A DNA stretch of 64,000 nt from the NCBI GenBank assembly GCA_963835065.1, contig CAWIEK010000041.1, positions 32,001 to 96,000 on the forward strand. The letters are read 5' to 3'. The notes below the pieces were generated by a model. It had not been told where the DNA came from. It searched no databases and saw nothing but the letters and a program-made list of their open reading frames with translations. This document shows, piece after piece, positions 39,697 through 49,259 of the stretch; the first letter of the stretch is position 1; the number at the start of each line of letters is the position of its first letter. The translations under genes were made by a program, and so were the position numbers. The DNA is from an uncultured Chthonomonadaceae bacterium (lineage in GTDB: Bacteria > Armatimonadota > Chthonomonadetes > Chthonomonadales > Chthonomonadaceae).

Positions 39697-40263
39697 ATGG
39701 CAACTTCACCGGAAGAAGGCATGGCGAGCTTGTTTCGCAACCTGGAGACCAGCACCGGAAAATCCCTTGCAACATGGATTTCAGACGCGCGAAGCGCCGG
39801 GATTGGTAAACACAAACCCCTTGTTGAACATCTTAAGCAGGAGCACGGACTTCCGCATGGTTATGCCAACCAGATCGCTCTACGCGCGCTTGCCCCGGAC
39901 GATGCTCCTTCCGCCGGAAGTGAGGCATTGATTGAGGCACAGTACACCGGTGCAAAGGCGGCGCTCAAGCCCATCTATGAAGCGATAGCCGCCGCTGTCG
40001 CCGCCTTCGGGCCAGATGTGGAGTTGTCTGCAAAGAAGGGGTATGTCAGCCTGCGCCGCTCCAAACAGTTCGCGCTCCTTCAACCCTCCACCGCGCAACG
40101 CCTGGACGTTGGACTGATTTTCAAAGAAAGAGCGGTGGAGGGGCGTTTGGAGGCGGCGGGCAGCTTCAATGCCATGATGACACATCGGGTAAGGGTGAGC
40201 AGTATCGCAGAGGTTGACGCCGACTTGATCGACTGGCTGCATTGCGCTTACGAAAACGCTTGA
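39697..40263 (+). CDS. DUF4287/DUF5655-like protein
   Basis: TGKSLATW, LKQEHGLPHGYAN, KKGYVSLRRSKQFA and MTHRVRV. AAGGAG SD. Confidence 0.85.
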   Translation: MATSPEEGMASLFRNLETSTGKSLATWISDARSAGIGKHKPLVEHLKQEHGLPHGYANQIALRALAPDDAPSAGSEALIEAQYTGAKAALKPIYEAIAAAVAAFGPDVELSAKKGYVSLRRSKQFALLQPSTAQRLDVGLIFKERAVEGRLEAAGSFNAMMTHRVRVSSIAEVDADLIDWLHCAYENA

Positions 40264-40408
40264 GCATAGTGCGGGCAGTCTAAGGCGACCCTTCTCGTAT
40301 GAGGCAAAAATATCTTTCACGCTGTTCTACCCTTGTACAAGAGCCTCCGTTCTTCGCTGACGGCGACATGGAAGAACATAACGCCTATGCTTACCAGAGG
40401 AGATAGTG

Positions 40409-40798
40409 ATGAATTCCACTGTGCTGAAACCGAAGGTCACATCGTTTGCTCCGCAATTTCTTGTGGATGATTTACAACAGTCGGTCGCCTATTACCGCCG
40501 GCTTGGTTTTAAGTTCGGCGAAATATGGGACGGGTTCTATGTCATCGGGCGGCTTGACGGACTGGAGTTGCACTTGAAGGAAGCCCCCAAGGATGAGGCG
40601 GAGCGCAAGCGCCGGAGAGACGCTGAACACCTCGACGCTGCGGCAGGCGTGGAAATGATTGATGTGTTCTACGAGCAGTGCGTAGCGAACGGTATGATGA
40701 TCGTAAAGCCCCTTGCCTCCACAGAATGGGGTACGAAGGATTTCTACATCGAAGACCCCGACGGCTACCTCATCTGCTTCGGCGGGCAGGTGGAATAG
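40409..40798 (+). CDS. VOC family (glyoxalase/bleomycin-resistance) protein
   Basis: VDDLQQSVAYY..LGF and WGTKDFYIEDPDGYLICF. Confidence 0.88.
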   Translation: MNSTVLKPKVTSFAPQFLVDDLQQSVAYYRRLGFKFGEIWDGFYVIGRLDGLELHLKEAPKDEAERKRRRDAEHLDAAAGVEMIDVFYEQCVANGMMIVKPLASTEWGTKDFYIEDPDGYLICFGGQVE

Positions 40799-40809
40799 TC
40801 AAGAAACAC

Positions 40810-40901
40810 ACCGAACTGACCAACGCCCACGACCGGCTCATCGCCTCCCGTGAGGTTCTGGAAAAAGGCCGCGCCGCAACCGGCGTTTCCGGCAACTGAA
40901 C
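40810..40901 (+). repeat. 92-bp direct repeat, copy 2 (stranded gene end)
   Basis: Encodes the same TELTNAHDRLIASREVLEKGRAATGVSGN* with 4 synonymous changes. Confidence 0.9.
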
Positions 40902-40950
40902 CGCATCGAAATTGCGCTGTCGGCTGCCGGGGCTGGAACGAAGTGAAGGT

Positions 40951-41784
40951 TTATTTTCGCGGATCGCCTTGCGCGGCGTTCGAGACGGCCTCCCACTCCT
41001 CCCAGATGGCGAGGCGGTCGGCATAGGCGGCGCGCACCATAGGCAAGCCGGTGCTGCCGAGGATAAATCGCAGCGGTGGGTTCTCCGCGTCCACGATCTT
41101 GAGGACGGCTTCGGCGGTCGCTTGCGGATCGCCGCGTACCGCGCCCGATAAACGCCCGAAAGCCTGCTGCCGCAACTCGGCGTAGGTGTCCATGCCCGGC
41201 GCGATCTTCAGCGACGCGGGGCTGCCAAACTCGGTGGCATAAGCGCCGGGTTCGATCAGCGTCACCGCAATGCCAAACCCTTTGACCTCTTGCGCCAGGC
41301 TTTCGTGGAGCGCTTCAAAGGCCCACTTGGAGGCGCAGTAAAAGCCGATAAGCGGCATCGCCACATGGCCCAGGGTACTCGATACGCCTACGATGTGTCC
41401 GCTGCCCTGTTGCCGCAGCAAAGGCAGCGCGGCTTGAATGACGCGAAGCGTACCAAAGTAGTTCGTATCAAACTCAGCGCGAACGTCCGCTTCGCTCGCT
41501 TCCTCAACCGTGCCGACCAGAGAATAGCCCGCGTTGTTGAGTACCACGTCCAGCCTGCCGAAGCGCGCGTGAGCCTGCTGAACGGCAGTCTGCACCTGCT
41601 CGGCATCCGTGACGTCGAGCGCCAGAGGAAGCGCGGCGTCGCCGAAACGCTCCTTTAGATCGGTCACGTCTTCCACTTTGCGGGCGGTCGCCACAACCCT
41701 GTCGCCTCGCGTGAGCGCGGCTTCGGCCCAGATACGCCCGAAGCCGCGCGACGCGCCGGTGATAAACCAGACTTTGCTATTCAT
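40951..41784 (-). CDS. SDR family oxidoreductase
   Basis: VWFITGASRGFG, NNAGY and YCASK. Confidence 0.93.
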   Translation of the reverse strand: MNSKVWFITGASRGFGRIWAEAALTRGDRVVATARKVEDVTDLKERFGDAALPLALDVTDAEQVQTAVQQAHARFGRLDVVLNNAGYSLVGTVEEASEADVRAEFDTNYFGTLRVIQAALPLLRQQGSGHIVGVSSTLGHVAMPLIGFYCASKWAFEALHESLAQEVKGFGIAVTLIEPGAYATEFGSPASLKIAPGMDTYAELRQQAFGRLSGAVRGDPQATAEAVLKIVDAENPPLRFILGSTGLPMVRAAYADRLAIWEEWEAVSNAAQGDPRK

Positions 41785-41851
41785 GTGATTCTCCTTTGAG
41801 CGTGTGATAATGTGGTACTATCAAGTTCACTCAGGCCAAGTATACCCGCGT

Positions 41852-41891
41852 ATCTGAACAGTGTCAAGATAAATTTGAACGGTGTCAAGAT
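41852..41891. promoter_or_regulatory. Tandem TetR-type operators
   Basis: ATCTGAACAGTGTCAAGAT and ATTTGAACGGTGTCAAGAT pseudo-palindromes between the divergent SDR and tetR genes. Confidence 0.7.
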
Positions 41892-41902
41892 TAAAGATAA
41901 AA

Positions 41903-42535
41903 ATGCCTCAAAAAAGATCAACCTACCATCACGGCGACCTGCGCGCGGCCCTGATTCAAGCGGCGGATGCCATCATCGCCGAAGAGGGCATTGAAGCCTT
42001 TTCGCTTCGCGCCGCCGCGCAGCGCGCGGGCGTGTCTCCGGGCGCTCCGGCGCATCACTTCGGGAGCGCGAAAGGACTCCTCACCGAAGTGGCTCTTTTA
42101 GCGTTTGAACGGGTTGGTCAGTACATCGAGGAAGCGGGACATTCGGACGATGTCGTTGCGGACGCGCGCGCCCTGAGTCTCGCGTTTGTTACCTTTGCTG
42201 TTGACCACCCCGGTCACTTTCGTCTGATGTTTCGCAATGATCTCGTGAACCGAAATGATCCCCGCTATCCCGAAGTCAGCATCAAGCCCGGAATGCGGCT
42301 CAGTCTTGCGATTGCCGCCTATCACGGCAAATCCACTGTAGACCTGAATCGGTTCGAGGATGCTGCCGACACCTTCTGCGCTTTGTCTACGCTGCATGGC
42401 CTCGCGCATCTGGTTCTCGCGGAAAAGACGGCTCCTTTCTTTGAGAACGTTACTTCCCGTGACTTCGTGAATAAGGACCTGCCCAAAGTGCTTGAGCGGA
42501 TGTACCCGTACAAAGATCGGATGCCTGCAGCCTAG
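41903..42535 (+). CDS. TetR/AcrR regulator (WHG-like C-domain)
   Basis: YHHGDLRAAL, FSLRAAAQRAGVS..AP.HHF and LHGLA. Confidence 0.92.
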   Translation: MPQKRSTYHHGDLRAALIQAADAIIAEEGIEAFSLRAAAQRAGVSPGAPAHHFGSAKGLLTEVALLAFERVGQYIEEAGHSDDVVADARALSLAFVTFAVDHPGHFRLMFRNDLVNRNDPRYPEVSIKPGMRLSLAIAAYHGKSTVDLNRFEDAADTFCALSTLHGLAHLVLAEKTAPFFENVTSRDFVNKDLPKVLERMYPYKDRMPAA

Positions 42536-42657
42536 GCGCGCTGGCATGTATTGCCAGCGAAAAGAGGCGGTGAGCGGAAGCGCGCCACATGAAGTTCATT
42601 TTTTCTGTATAATTTAGGGGAGGCTCCACACAGCGCTTCTTTATAAGGACAAACCGA

Positions 42658-43047
42658 ATGACGACTGACCAGGAACTGTTGACAACCGCTTACCGCGCGT
42701 TCAACGCCCGCGACCTCGAAACTGCCTTAGCAACCATGCACCCCCAAGTCGAATGGCCCAACACGATGGAAGGCGGATACGTTCAAGGGCATAGCGGGGT
42801 ACGCGCCTACTGGACTAAGCAGTGGAACCTGGTGGATCCCCATGTCGAACCTCTTCGGTTTGCAATGGACGCGAACGGGCGCATTGTGATTGACGTGCAT
42901 CAAGTGGTGCATGACCTACAAGGTCATCCGCTTGAAGACCTGATGGTTCAGCACATCTATCGAATAGAAGAGGGTTTGATCCGCCGCATGGAAATGGGAG
43001 AAGACAGACGCATGGCAATCGGTGGCGACGGAGTGAAGTCTGAATGA
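42658..43047 (+). CDS. SnoaL-like / NTF2-family protein
   Basis: AYRAFNARD, VEWPNTMEGG and VRAYWTKQW. Confidence 0.85.
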   Translation: MTTDQELLTTAYRAFNARDLETALATMHPQVEWPNTMEGGYVQGHSGVRAYWTKQWNLVDPHVEPLRFAMDANGRIVIDVHQVVHDLQGHPLEDLMVQHIYRIEEGLIRRMEMGEDRRMAIGGDGVKSE

Positions 43048-43141
43048 GTGAAAAGAGCAACGCTACGCCCCGGATCAGCAGCGATTCGGGGCGCTTTCGC
43101 GTTAAGAAAGTCGTTCGTAACTCCAGGGTAACTTTAGGTTC

Positions 43142-46123
43142 TCAGCGCCAGTCTCCCATGAGCGTGAAGGGCGCCCAGTAGTAGGGGTGTCCATGCTTTG
43201 TGTCATGGAGCAGGGAAAGTTCCGCTGCGCGCAGGGCGGCGGCTTTGCCCTGCGCAAGGCTGGCGTAGAACGCGCCCATCAGCGTTGCCGTTGATTCGTC
43301 ATCTACCGACCACTGGCTGAGAACCTGTGTCGGCGCTCCGGCCACAAACAGCGCCCATGTCAGCCCGATAATGCCCTCCCCGCTCCGCTTATCGCCCCGC
43401 GCCGTATTGCAGGCCGACAACACCACCATGTCCGCTTGCAGGTTCATGTCGAACAACTCGCGCGCCGTCAAATAGCCGTCTTCTTTGCTGTCGGGCGCGG
43501 GCTTGGCAAGCACCACGCTCGACAGCAGGGGCGAAGCGTCGTTGAAAAACGCATGGGAAGCGAGATGCAGGTAGCGATACTGTCCCGCTTTCTGCTTAAC
43601 AATGGATTCCTGCGCGTCCGCGCCCGTGTAAATCGCCGCGTCCGGTATCTCTTTGCGCAGCATATCCATTTCGCGCTGCGTTCCCGGCAGGGTTGTGATA
43701 TGCCCGCCGCGTGGCAGCAGCAGGACGCGCGAGGGGGCATCAAGCGGGCGTGAAGGCGCATCCAATGGCCGCGAGGGCGCGTCAAGAGGACGAGTAGGCT
43801 CTTTGACAGGACGCGAGGGCGCATCTAAGGGACGCTGGCCGGGGATGTCCTTGTTGTCGCCGAACCGCTCCGCGCCGCCGAAATCGGGATTTCCCAATGC
43901 CAGCAGCGTGTTGGGCGCTTTCCTGCCCTGCCGATCCTGAAGCGCGGCCTGTACGCCCGTCGCGCTGTAGGCGTAAGCGATTTCATACCGTTCCAGCAGG
44001 AATTGCTTGCCGTCGTGCAGGGCGGCAAAGGGCAGGCTCCACAACGGTCCGTCCGGGCAGACGACCAGACGCTTGATGCCCCCTAGCGCGGGCGCGGCGG
44101 GGCGCAGCAGCAGGTCATAAAGTTTTTGCGCGTTCCCCTGATACGCTTTGCGCGGGTCGGCGCATAAATCGCGGAACGCTTCCACCTGCGCAGACAACGC
44201 GGCGCGGGTCACATCAACCGGGAAAACGCTCAGTTTGGCCGCGCCATTTTGCTTTGTCACCACGAACAGCAGCGTGTGGTCGGCCCCGCTCATGTCGGGG
44301 TACTCTTTGGCGTACAGGGTGGCGAACTCCAGCAGAGCCGTATCGTCAGGAAGAAAGCGCGCGACCTCCTGCAGCGTCACGGTCGTTGCGGCGCGTTTGG
44401 CGGCAAGTTCGGGGTGCTGCGCGTACAGGCTGTCCTCGTAGGCTTGCAGATCGTGTTCCGTTCGCGTGAGTTGCTCCTTCAGCGCGGCGAACCGCTTTTT
44501 CGCCCCGACCTCGTTGTTGACGCCTTCGCGCACCATGTCCGCGTTCAGCTTGTCCGCCGATTGGCGCAGTTCCTGTTCGCGTTGCGCCTGCTCTGCCGTC
44601 AGGCTCTGGCGGATGTCAACTTTGCCCCCGGCCATCAAGTCCAATAGCGCCCGCGCCTTGATTTTCTGCACTGTATCAAACGCCTGCTCCGGCTGCTTCG
44701 ACTTTATCAGCAGCGCGATGCTGCGATGCAGGCCATACAAAATCCGTTCGACAAAACTGACCTTCAAATCGCTGAAACCGCCCACGGACGCGCGTACCCG
44801 GTCGGCTTTCAGCACGGCCTGATCCAGATGGGTTCGCGCCTGCGCCAGTTGGCCGTTTTCTTCTTCGGCAACCGCGATATTATACAGCGTGCCCGCTTCT
44901 TCAAGGGCGTTGCCGGCAACGCCGGGGCTTGTCAGGGCGCGATTCAAAACCGTCAGCGCCTGCTGAAAGTATTGCCGGGCGCGGGTTTTTTGCCCGAGCG
45001 CCAGATACACTTCCGCCTGATAATTCAGGGTGGCTCCTTCCCATTCCCAATTGTCAAGCGAATGATACAGGCGCGCGGCCTCCTCATAGCGCGGCAGGGA
45101 TTTGGCCGGCTGATTCAGCGAGCGATACGCGCCACCAATGGTTACGAGGCAGGCAGCCAATCCGCTGGTGTTGGCGCTTTGGCGCAGGAGCGGCAGCGCC
45201 TGGTTAAGGTATGTCAGGGCTGTCTGCGACTGCCCCTGTTCCTGGTAGATCACTCCCAGCACCATCTGCATGGTGAGCATGAGGTCGCGGCGCCCCAACG
45301 CGCGCCACACGTCTGTGGCTTGTTTGGCAAAATCACGGCTTTGCGCGTATTGGCCCATGTTCGCGTACACGCAAGTGAGCGCCGTGAGCGCCAGGCCTTC
45401 CCCATTGCGGTCTGTCACGCCAGCGCGCGCCTGCAAGGTCCTCTGGCTGTACTGCATGGACTTCAAGTAATCGCCTGCTTCCAGGCAGGCGTACGCAAGC
45501 GTTCCCACCATAAGGGAGCGTTGATCTTTGCTGCCGCCCTGCTCCATATAGGGTAAGGCAAGTTCAAAAGATTCTACAGCCTTCGCCCATTGTTCGCGCC
45601 CCATGTAGATACCGCCTGCCATAAACAGCGCTTCCATCTTGAGCGTGGCGAAGGCAGGATCGTCACCCACCGCAACGGCCTGCTGCACATAATTCAGCGC
45701 TTTATCCTGCTGGTTCAATGCCTTGCAGTCTTCCGCCAAAATCGTCAGTATGGCGACCTGCATTTTTGTGATATGGCGCTGCTGGAAAAACGGCAAAGCT
45801 CTTTGCAGTTGACGTATGCCGGTGTCAAATTGAAGCCCTGCAGAATTTTGTACTCCCAGATATAAAAGCGCGTAAGCGGTTCCGGCGGTATCGTTTTGCG
45901 CCTGCGCTTTTTGCAGCGCGGATTCCAAAAGCCGAAGTTTCTCGACGAAATTATTTGCCTTGCCCGCCTGCTGCGCTTTGGTAATCAGGGTGGCGACTTC
46001 CGCCGTCGGCTCCGACGAGTCCGTTTGCGCGCGAACTCTGCCCGGAACAAGGCTGACCATCAACAGCAGAAGCAACAGCAAAGCCATCAGGCGGCGGGAA
46101 CAGCAAATTAGCGAACGGAACAT
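43142..46123 (-). CDS. Secreted TPR plus CHAT (caspase-like) domain protein
   Basis: Signal peptide, TPR array, PDGPLWSLPFAAL, LHLASHA, VVLSACNT, SQWSVDD and HPYYWAPF. Confidence 0.92.
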   Translation of the reverse strand: MFRSLICCSRRLMALLLLLLLMVSLVPGRVRAQTDSSEPTAEVATLITKAQQAGKANNFVEKLRLLESALQKAQAQNDTAGTAYALLYLGVQNSAGLQFDTGIRQLQRALPFFQQRHITKMQVAILTILAEDCKALNQQDKALNYVQQAVAVGDDPAFATLKMEALFMAGGIYMGREQWAKAVESFELALPYMEQGGSKDQRSLMVGTLAYACLEAGDYLKSMQYSQRTLQARAGVTDRNGEGLALTALTCVYANMGQYAQSRDFAKQATDVWRALGRRDLMLTMQMVLGVIYQEQGQSQTALTYLNQALPLLRQSANTSGLAACLVTIGGAYRSLNQPAKSLPRYEEAARLYHSLDNWEWEGATLNYQAEVYLALGQKTRARQYFQQALTVLNRALTSPGVAGNALEEAGTLYNIAVAEEENGQLAQARTHLDQAVLKADRVRASVGGFSDLKVSFVERILYGLHRSIALLIKSKQPEQAFDTVQKIKARALLDLMAGGKVDIRQSLTAEQAQREQELRQSADKLNADMVREGVNNEVGAKKRFAALKEQLTRTEHDLQAYEDSLYAQHPELAAKRAATTVTLQEVARFLPDDTALLEFATLYAKEYPDMSGADHTLLFVVTKQNGAAKLSVFPVDVTRAALSAQVEAFRDLCADPRKAYQGNAQKLYDLLLRPAAPALGGIKRLVVCPDGPLWSLPFAALHDGKQFLLERYEIAYAYSATGVQAALQDRQGRKAPNTLLALGNPDFGGAERFGDNKDIPGQRPLDAPSRPVKEPTRPLDAPSRPLDAPSRPLDAPSRVLLLPRGGHITTLPGTQREMDMLRKEIPDAAIYTGADAQESIVKQKAGQYRYLHLASHAFFNDASPLLSSVVLAKPAPDSKEDGYLTARELFDMNLQADMVVLSACNTARGDKRSGEGIIGLTWALFVAGAPTQVLSQWSVDDESTATLMGAFYASLAQGKAAALRAAELSLLHDTKHGHPYYWAPFTLMGDWR

Positions 46124-46347
46124 GAGATGTTCTCCCTGACAAATTTAAGAGGGATGTGCCGGCAGGCGCGCTGTGTCAGGCTTCCTGTTGCGCCGTCCGG
46201 GTCTCCTGCTGTATGAAACGAAGATTGAACGCGGAAAGTTCGGCGGAGTACCTCGCCGGCACTGACGGTCTTTCGCTCCTTCCGTTTGAAGAAAGCGCGA
46301 TAGGGTACAATACAGCAAGCACTATTCAGCATGAGGAGCGGCGGCGC

Positions 46348-49038
46348 GTGGAACTTCCGACGGGCATTCTGACCCTGGTTTTTACCGACATACAGGACTC
46401 TTCCGAGTATTCGGAACGGTATCGCGCCGCCTTTGAGCCGCTGCGCGCCGCTCACTTCCGCCTGCTGCGCGAAACCCTGCCCCACTGGAACGGGCAGGAA
46501 GTCAGCACGGCGGGCGACGCGCTGTTTCTGGTTTTCGTCAACGCGGCGGAAGCTGTGCAGTGGGCTGTGGAAGCGCAGCGCCGGCTTGCGGCCTACGATT
46601 GGCCGGTTCTGTCCGCCCCGGAAGGCGCAGGCGATCCGCCCGCGAAAGTGGAAGTGCGCGTTCGTATCGGTATGCATACGGGCGAACCGTTTCTCAGCCT
46701 GGACGCGGCCCGTCCCGATTATTTCGGCCCCGCCGTCAACCGGGCTGCCCGCGTTTCTTCCGCTGCGCACGGCGGACAGATACTGCTGTCCAGCGCCACG
46801 TATGCGCTTGTGCAGTTTGACCTTCCCGCCGAAATCGCCTTTCACGACTGCGGCCTGCACCGCTTGAAAGGCGTCGGCGAAGACCAGTTGTGGCAGCTTC
46901 AGGCCCCGGATTTGCTGCAAGAATTTCCGCCGCTGAAAACCCTCGACCCCGAACGCCATAACCTGCCCGTTCCGCCAACGCCCTATCTTGGCCGCGAACA
47001 CGACATTCGCGCCTGGCTGGAAAAACTGCGGCAGCCCGCCACGCGCCTGCTTACCTTAACCGGTTTCGGCGGATTGGGCAAAACGCGCTCGGCGCTGTAT
47101 CTGGCGGAACTCAGTTTGGAAGACTACAAGGACGGGGTGTGGTGGGTCGAAGCCGAAGAAGCGCGAACCGGGGACGAGATGCTGCAGCGGATCGCGGGCG
47201 CGCTGCATCTGCCGCCCCAATCGCAAATGCCTGCCCGCGAACAGGTAAGCCGCTTTTTGCGCGAGCGCAATCTGCTGCTCGTCCTTGACAATACCGAGCA
47301 GGTGGCGGACGCGGGGCGCTTTGTCAAGGAACTGCTGACGCAGGCTCCCAAAGTAAAGTTCATGGTCACGTCGCGGTGCGCCCTTGAAATTCAGGCCGAG
47401 CGCGTGGTCGAAGTGTGTCCTTTGCCCCTTGCCGAAGCCATTCCGCTGTTCGTGAACCGTATCCGCGACCGGCAGCCCGCGTTTGAATTGTCCGAGGAAA
47501 ACCGCGACGACGTGGCGGAACTGTGCCGCCGGCTGGACGGCGTTCCGCTCGCGCTGGAACTCGCGGCTTCCCGTATTGCGATGATGTCCCCGCGCCAGAT
47601 GCTCGCGCGCCTGAACGAGCGGTTCAAGCTGCTGCAAACCCGCGCCCCCGACCTGCCGGAGCGCCAGCGCGCCCTGCGCGCCACCATTGACTGGTCTTAT
47701 GATCTGCTGACCGACGAGGACAAACAGCTTTTCGCCCAAACTTCCGTGTTTGCGGGCGGCTTCGCGCTGGAAGACGCGGAAGCCGTGTGCGAAGCGTTCG
47801 ACGTTTTGGAAGGCATTGCGGAACTGCGGCATCATTCGCTGCTGCAAAGCGAAACCGAAACGGGGGCGCAGCAAACGCGCTTTGTGATGCTGAACTTGCT
47901 GCGGGAATACGCGCAGGAAAGACTGGCAATGACCGGGGAAGGCGGCGCGATTCGCCTGCGCCACGCCCGCTACTTTCTGGAATATGCCCGTCAGCGCCTG
48001 GCGCAGATGCGTACCCCGACTGAAGCGAACGCGCTGCGCGAATTGAAAATCAACGCCGACAACCTGCGCGCCGCGATGGAAGGGGCGCAAACCGAAAACG
48101 ACCTGGAACTGTTCGCGGAGTTGGCGTTGATGCGCGGCAGGGCTTTGTGGCGGCGCGGCTTTTCCAATGACGCCATTCAGCCCATTGAAGCGGCAATCGA
48201 GGCGCTGCAAACAGGCAGCCTGCCAACTGCCACCCTCCTGCCGCAACTGTTGTGGGAGCGCGCCGGGTTGTACCTGGACCATCTGGAAACCACGCCGGCA
48301 AAAACGCTGGCAAAACAAGCGCTGGAGGCTTTTGTCCGCGCCAATGACCGCGTGGGCGCTGCGCGCGCAAAGGCTCTGCTTGGCAGCATCGCGCGCGAAT
48401 CGCGGGAGTATGCTGAAGCGCGAGCGTATTTCGCATCCGCTCTGGACTTGCTTCATTCCCCGCAGGAAGACACGGAAATCGGCAACATTTACAATACTTT
48501 CGGCGTGTTGGAGCGCCGGGACCCACAGGGCAATGGGGAGGAAGCGCAGAAACATCTTCAGGCAGCCATGCAAATCCGGCGTCGGCAGGGGGATCGGCGC
48601 GGCCTGGCGGAAACTCTGAATAACCTGGGCGTTCTCGCGTATGAACAGCAAAACTGGCCGCAAGCCTGGGACAATTACGCGGAAGCGCTGAAGCACGAGC
48701 AGGAGATTGGAAACATGCAGGGCATCGCGCGCACCCTGTTCAATCTGGCGGAAGTGGCGGAGGAGCGCGCGGAGACGGAACGCGCGCTGCGCCTTGCGGC
48801 GGGAGCGGAAACGCTGATGGAGCGGGTCAAGTCGCCCATAGCCCGCGTGGCGACGGAAAAGTTCAACGCCATTGCCGCTTCGATAGACGCTTCCATTACG
48901 CCTTCCCTGAGCAAAGTGGAAGACTTGAACGCGTTGCGGCGGGCCGCTTCCGACCACACGCTTGAAACCCTGATTCCCTGGGCGATGATGGAGCCAAGCC
49001 TCAAAAGCGCAGCCCGAAGCGGCCATGAAGCAGATTGA
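46348..49038 (+). CDS. Class III nucleotide cyclase-like + STAND (NB-ARC) ATPase + TPR protein
   Basis: FTDIQDSS, GDA, RIGMHTG, VNRAARV, P-loop GFGGLGKTR, LLVLDN, LDGVPLALELAA and C-terminal TPRs. GAGGAG SD before GTG. Confidence 0.92.
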   Translation: MELPTGILTLVFTDIQDSSEYSERYRAAFEPLRAAHFRLLRETLPHWNGQEVSTAGDALFLVFVNAAEAVQWAVEAQRRLAAYDWPVLSAPEGAGDPPAKVEVRVRIGMHTGEPFLSLDAARPDYFGPAVNRAARVSSAAHGGQILLSSATYALVQFDLPAEIAFHDCGLHRLKGVGEDQLWQLQAPDLLQEFPPLKTLDPERHNLPVPPTPYLGREHDIRAWLEKLRQPATRLLTLTGFGGLGKTRSALYLAELSLEDYKDGVWWVEAEEARTGDEMLQRIAGALHLPPQSQMPAREQVSRFLRERNLLLVLDNTEQVADAGRFVKELLTQAPKVKFMVTSRCALEIQAERVVEVCPLPLAEAIPLFVNRIRDRQPAFELSEENRDDVAELCRRLDGVPLALELAASRIAMMSPRQMLARLNERFKLLQTRAPDLPERQRALRATIDWSYDLLTDEDKQLFAQTSVFAGGFALEDAEAVCEAFDVLEGIAELRHHSLLQSETETGAQQTRFVMLNLLREYAQERLAMTGEGGAIRLRHARYFLEYARQRLAQMRTPTEANALRELKINADNLRAAMEGAQTENDLELFAELALMRGRALWRRGFSNDAIQPIEAAIEALQTGSLPTATLLPQLLWERAGLYLDHLETTPAKTLAKQALEAFVRANDRVGAARAKALLGSIARESREYAEARAYFASALDLLHSPQEDTEIGNIYNTFGVLERRDPQGNGEEAQKHLQAAMQIRRRQGDRRGLAETLNNLGVLAYEQQNWPQAWDNYAEALKHEQEIGNMQGIARTLFNLAEVAEERAETERALRLAAGAETLMERVKSPIARVATEKFNAIAASIDASITPSLSKVEDLNALRRAASDHTLETLIPWAMMEPSLKSAARSGHEAD

Positions 49039-49259
49039 CGGCAGTACATCACTCAATCAGGAGCCGCCCTGATTGTGGAAACATCGTGGAGGAAAGTTCA
49101 CCGGCAGGCCCTCGTGTTTCTTTATTGATGTCGTGTTCCTTTTCAATCAAAGGTAATCGCGTCAAAAATAACGCGGCGAATGGTTTTGTCGGGCAGGCAG
49201 GAATCGGGCGCGCGCATGGCGAATGTTGAATTACGAATTCATACAGGAGCGAGCCGGCA

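Noticed and set aside
39291..40901. Diversity-generating retroelement VR/TR pair
   Set aside because: The four differences are synonymous and not adenine-specific, and there is no reverse transcriptase in the window.
46124..46347. Riboswitch between the CHAT and cyclase genes
   Set aside because: Only an 8-bp GTGCCGGC/GCCGGCAC inverted repeat is present, with no aptamer consensus I can recognise.
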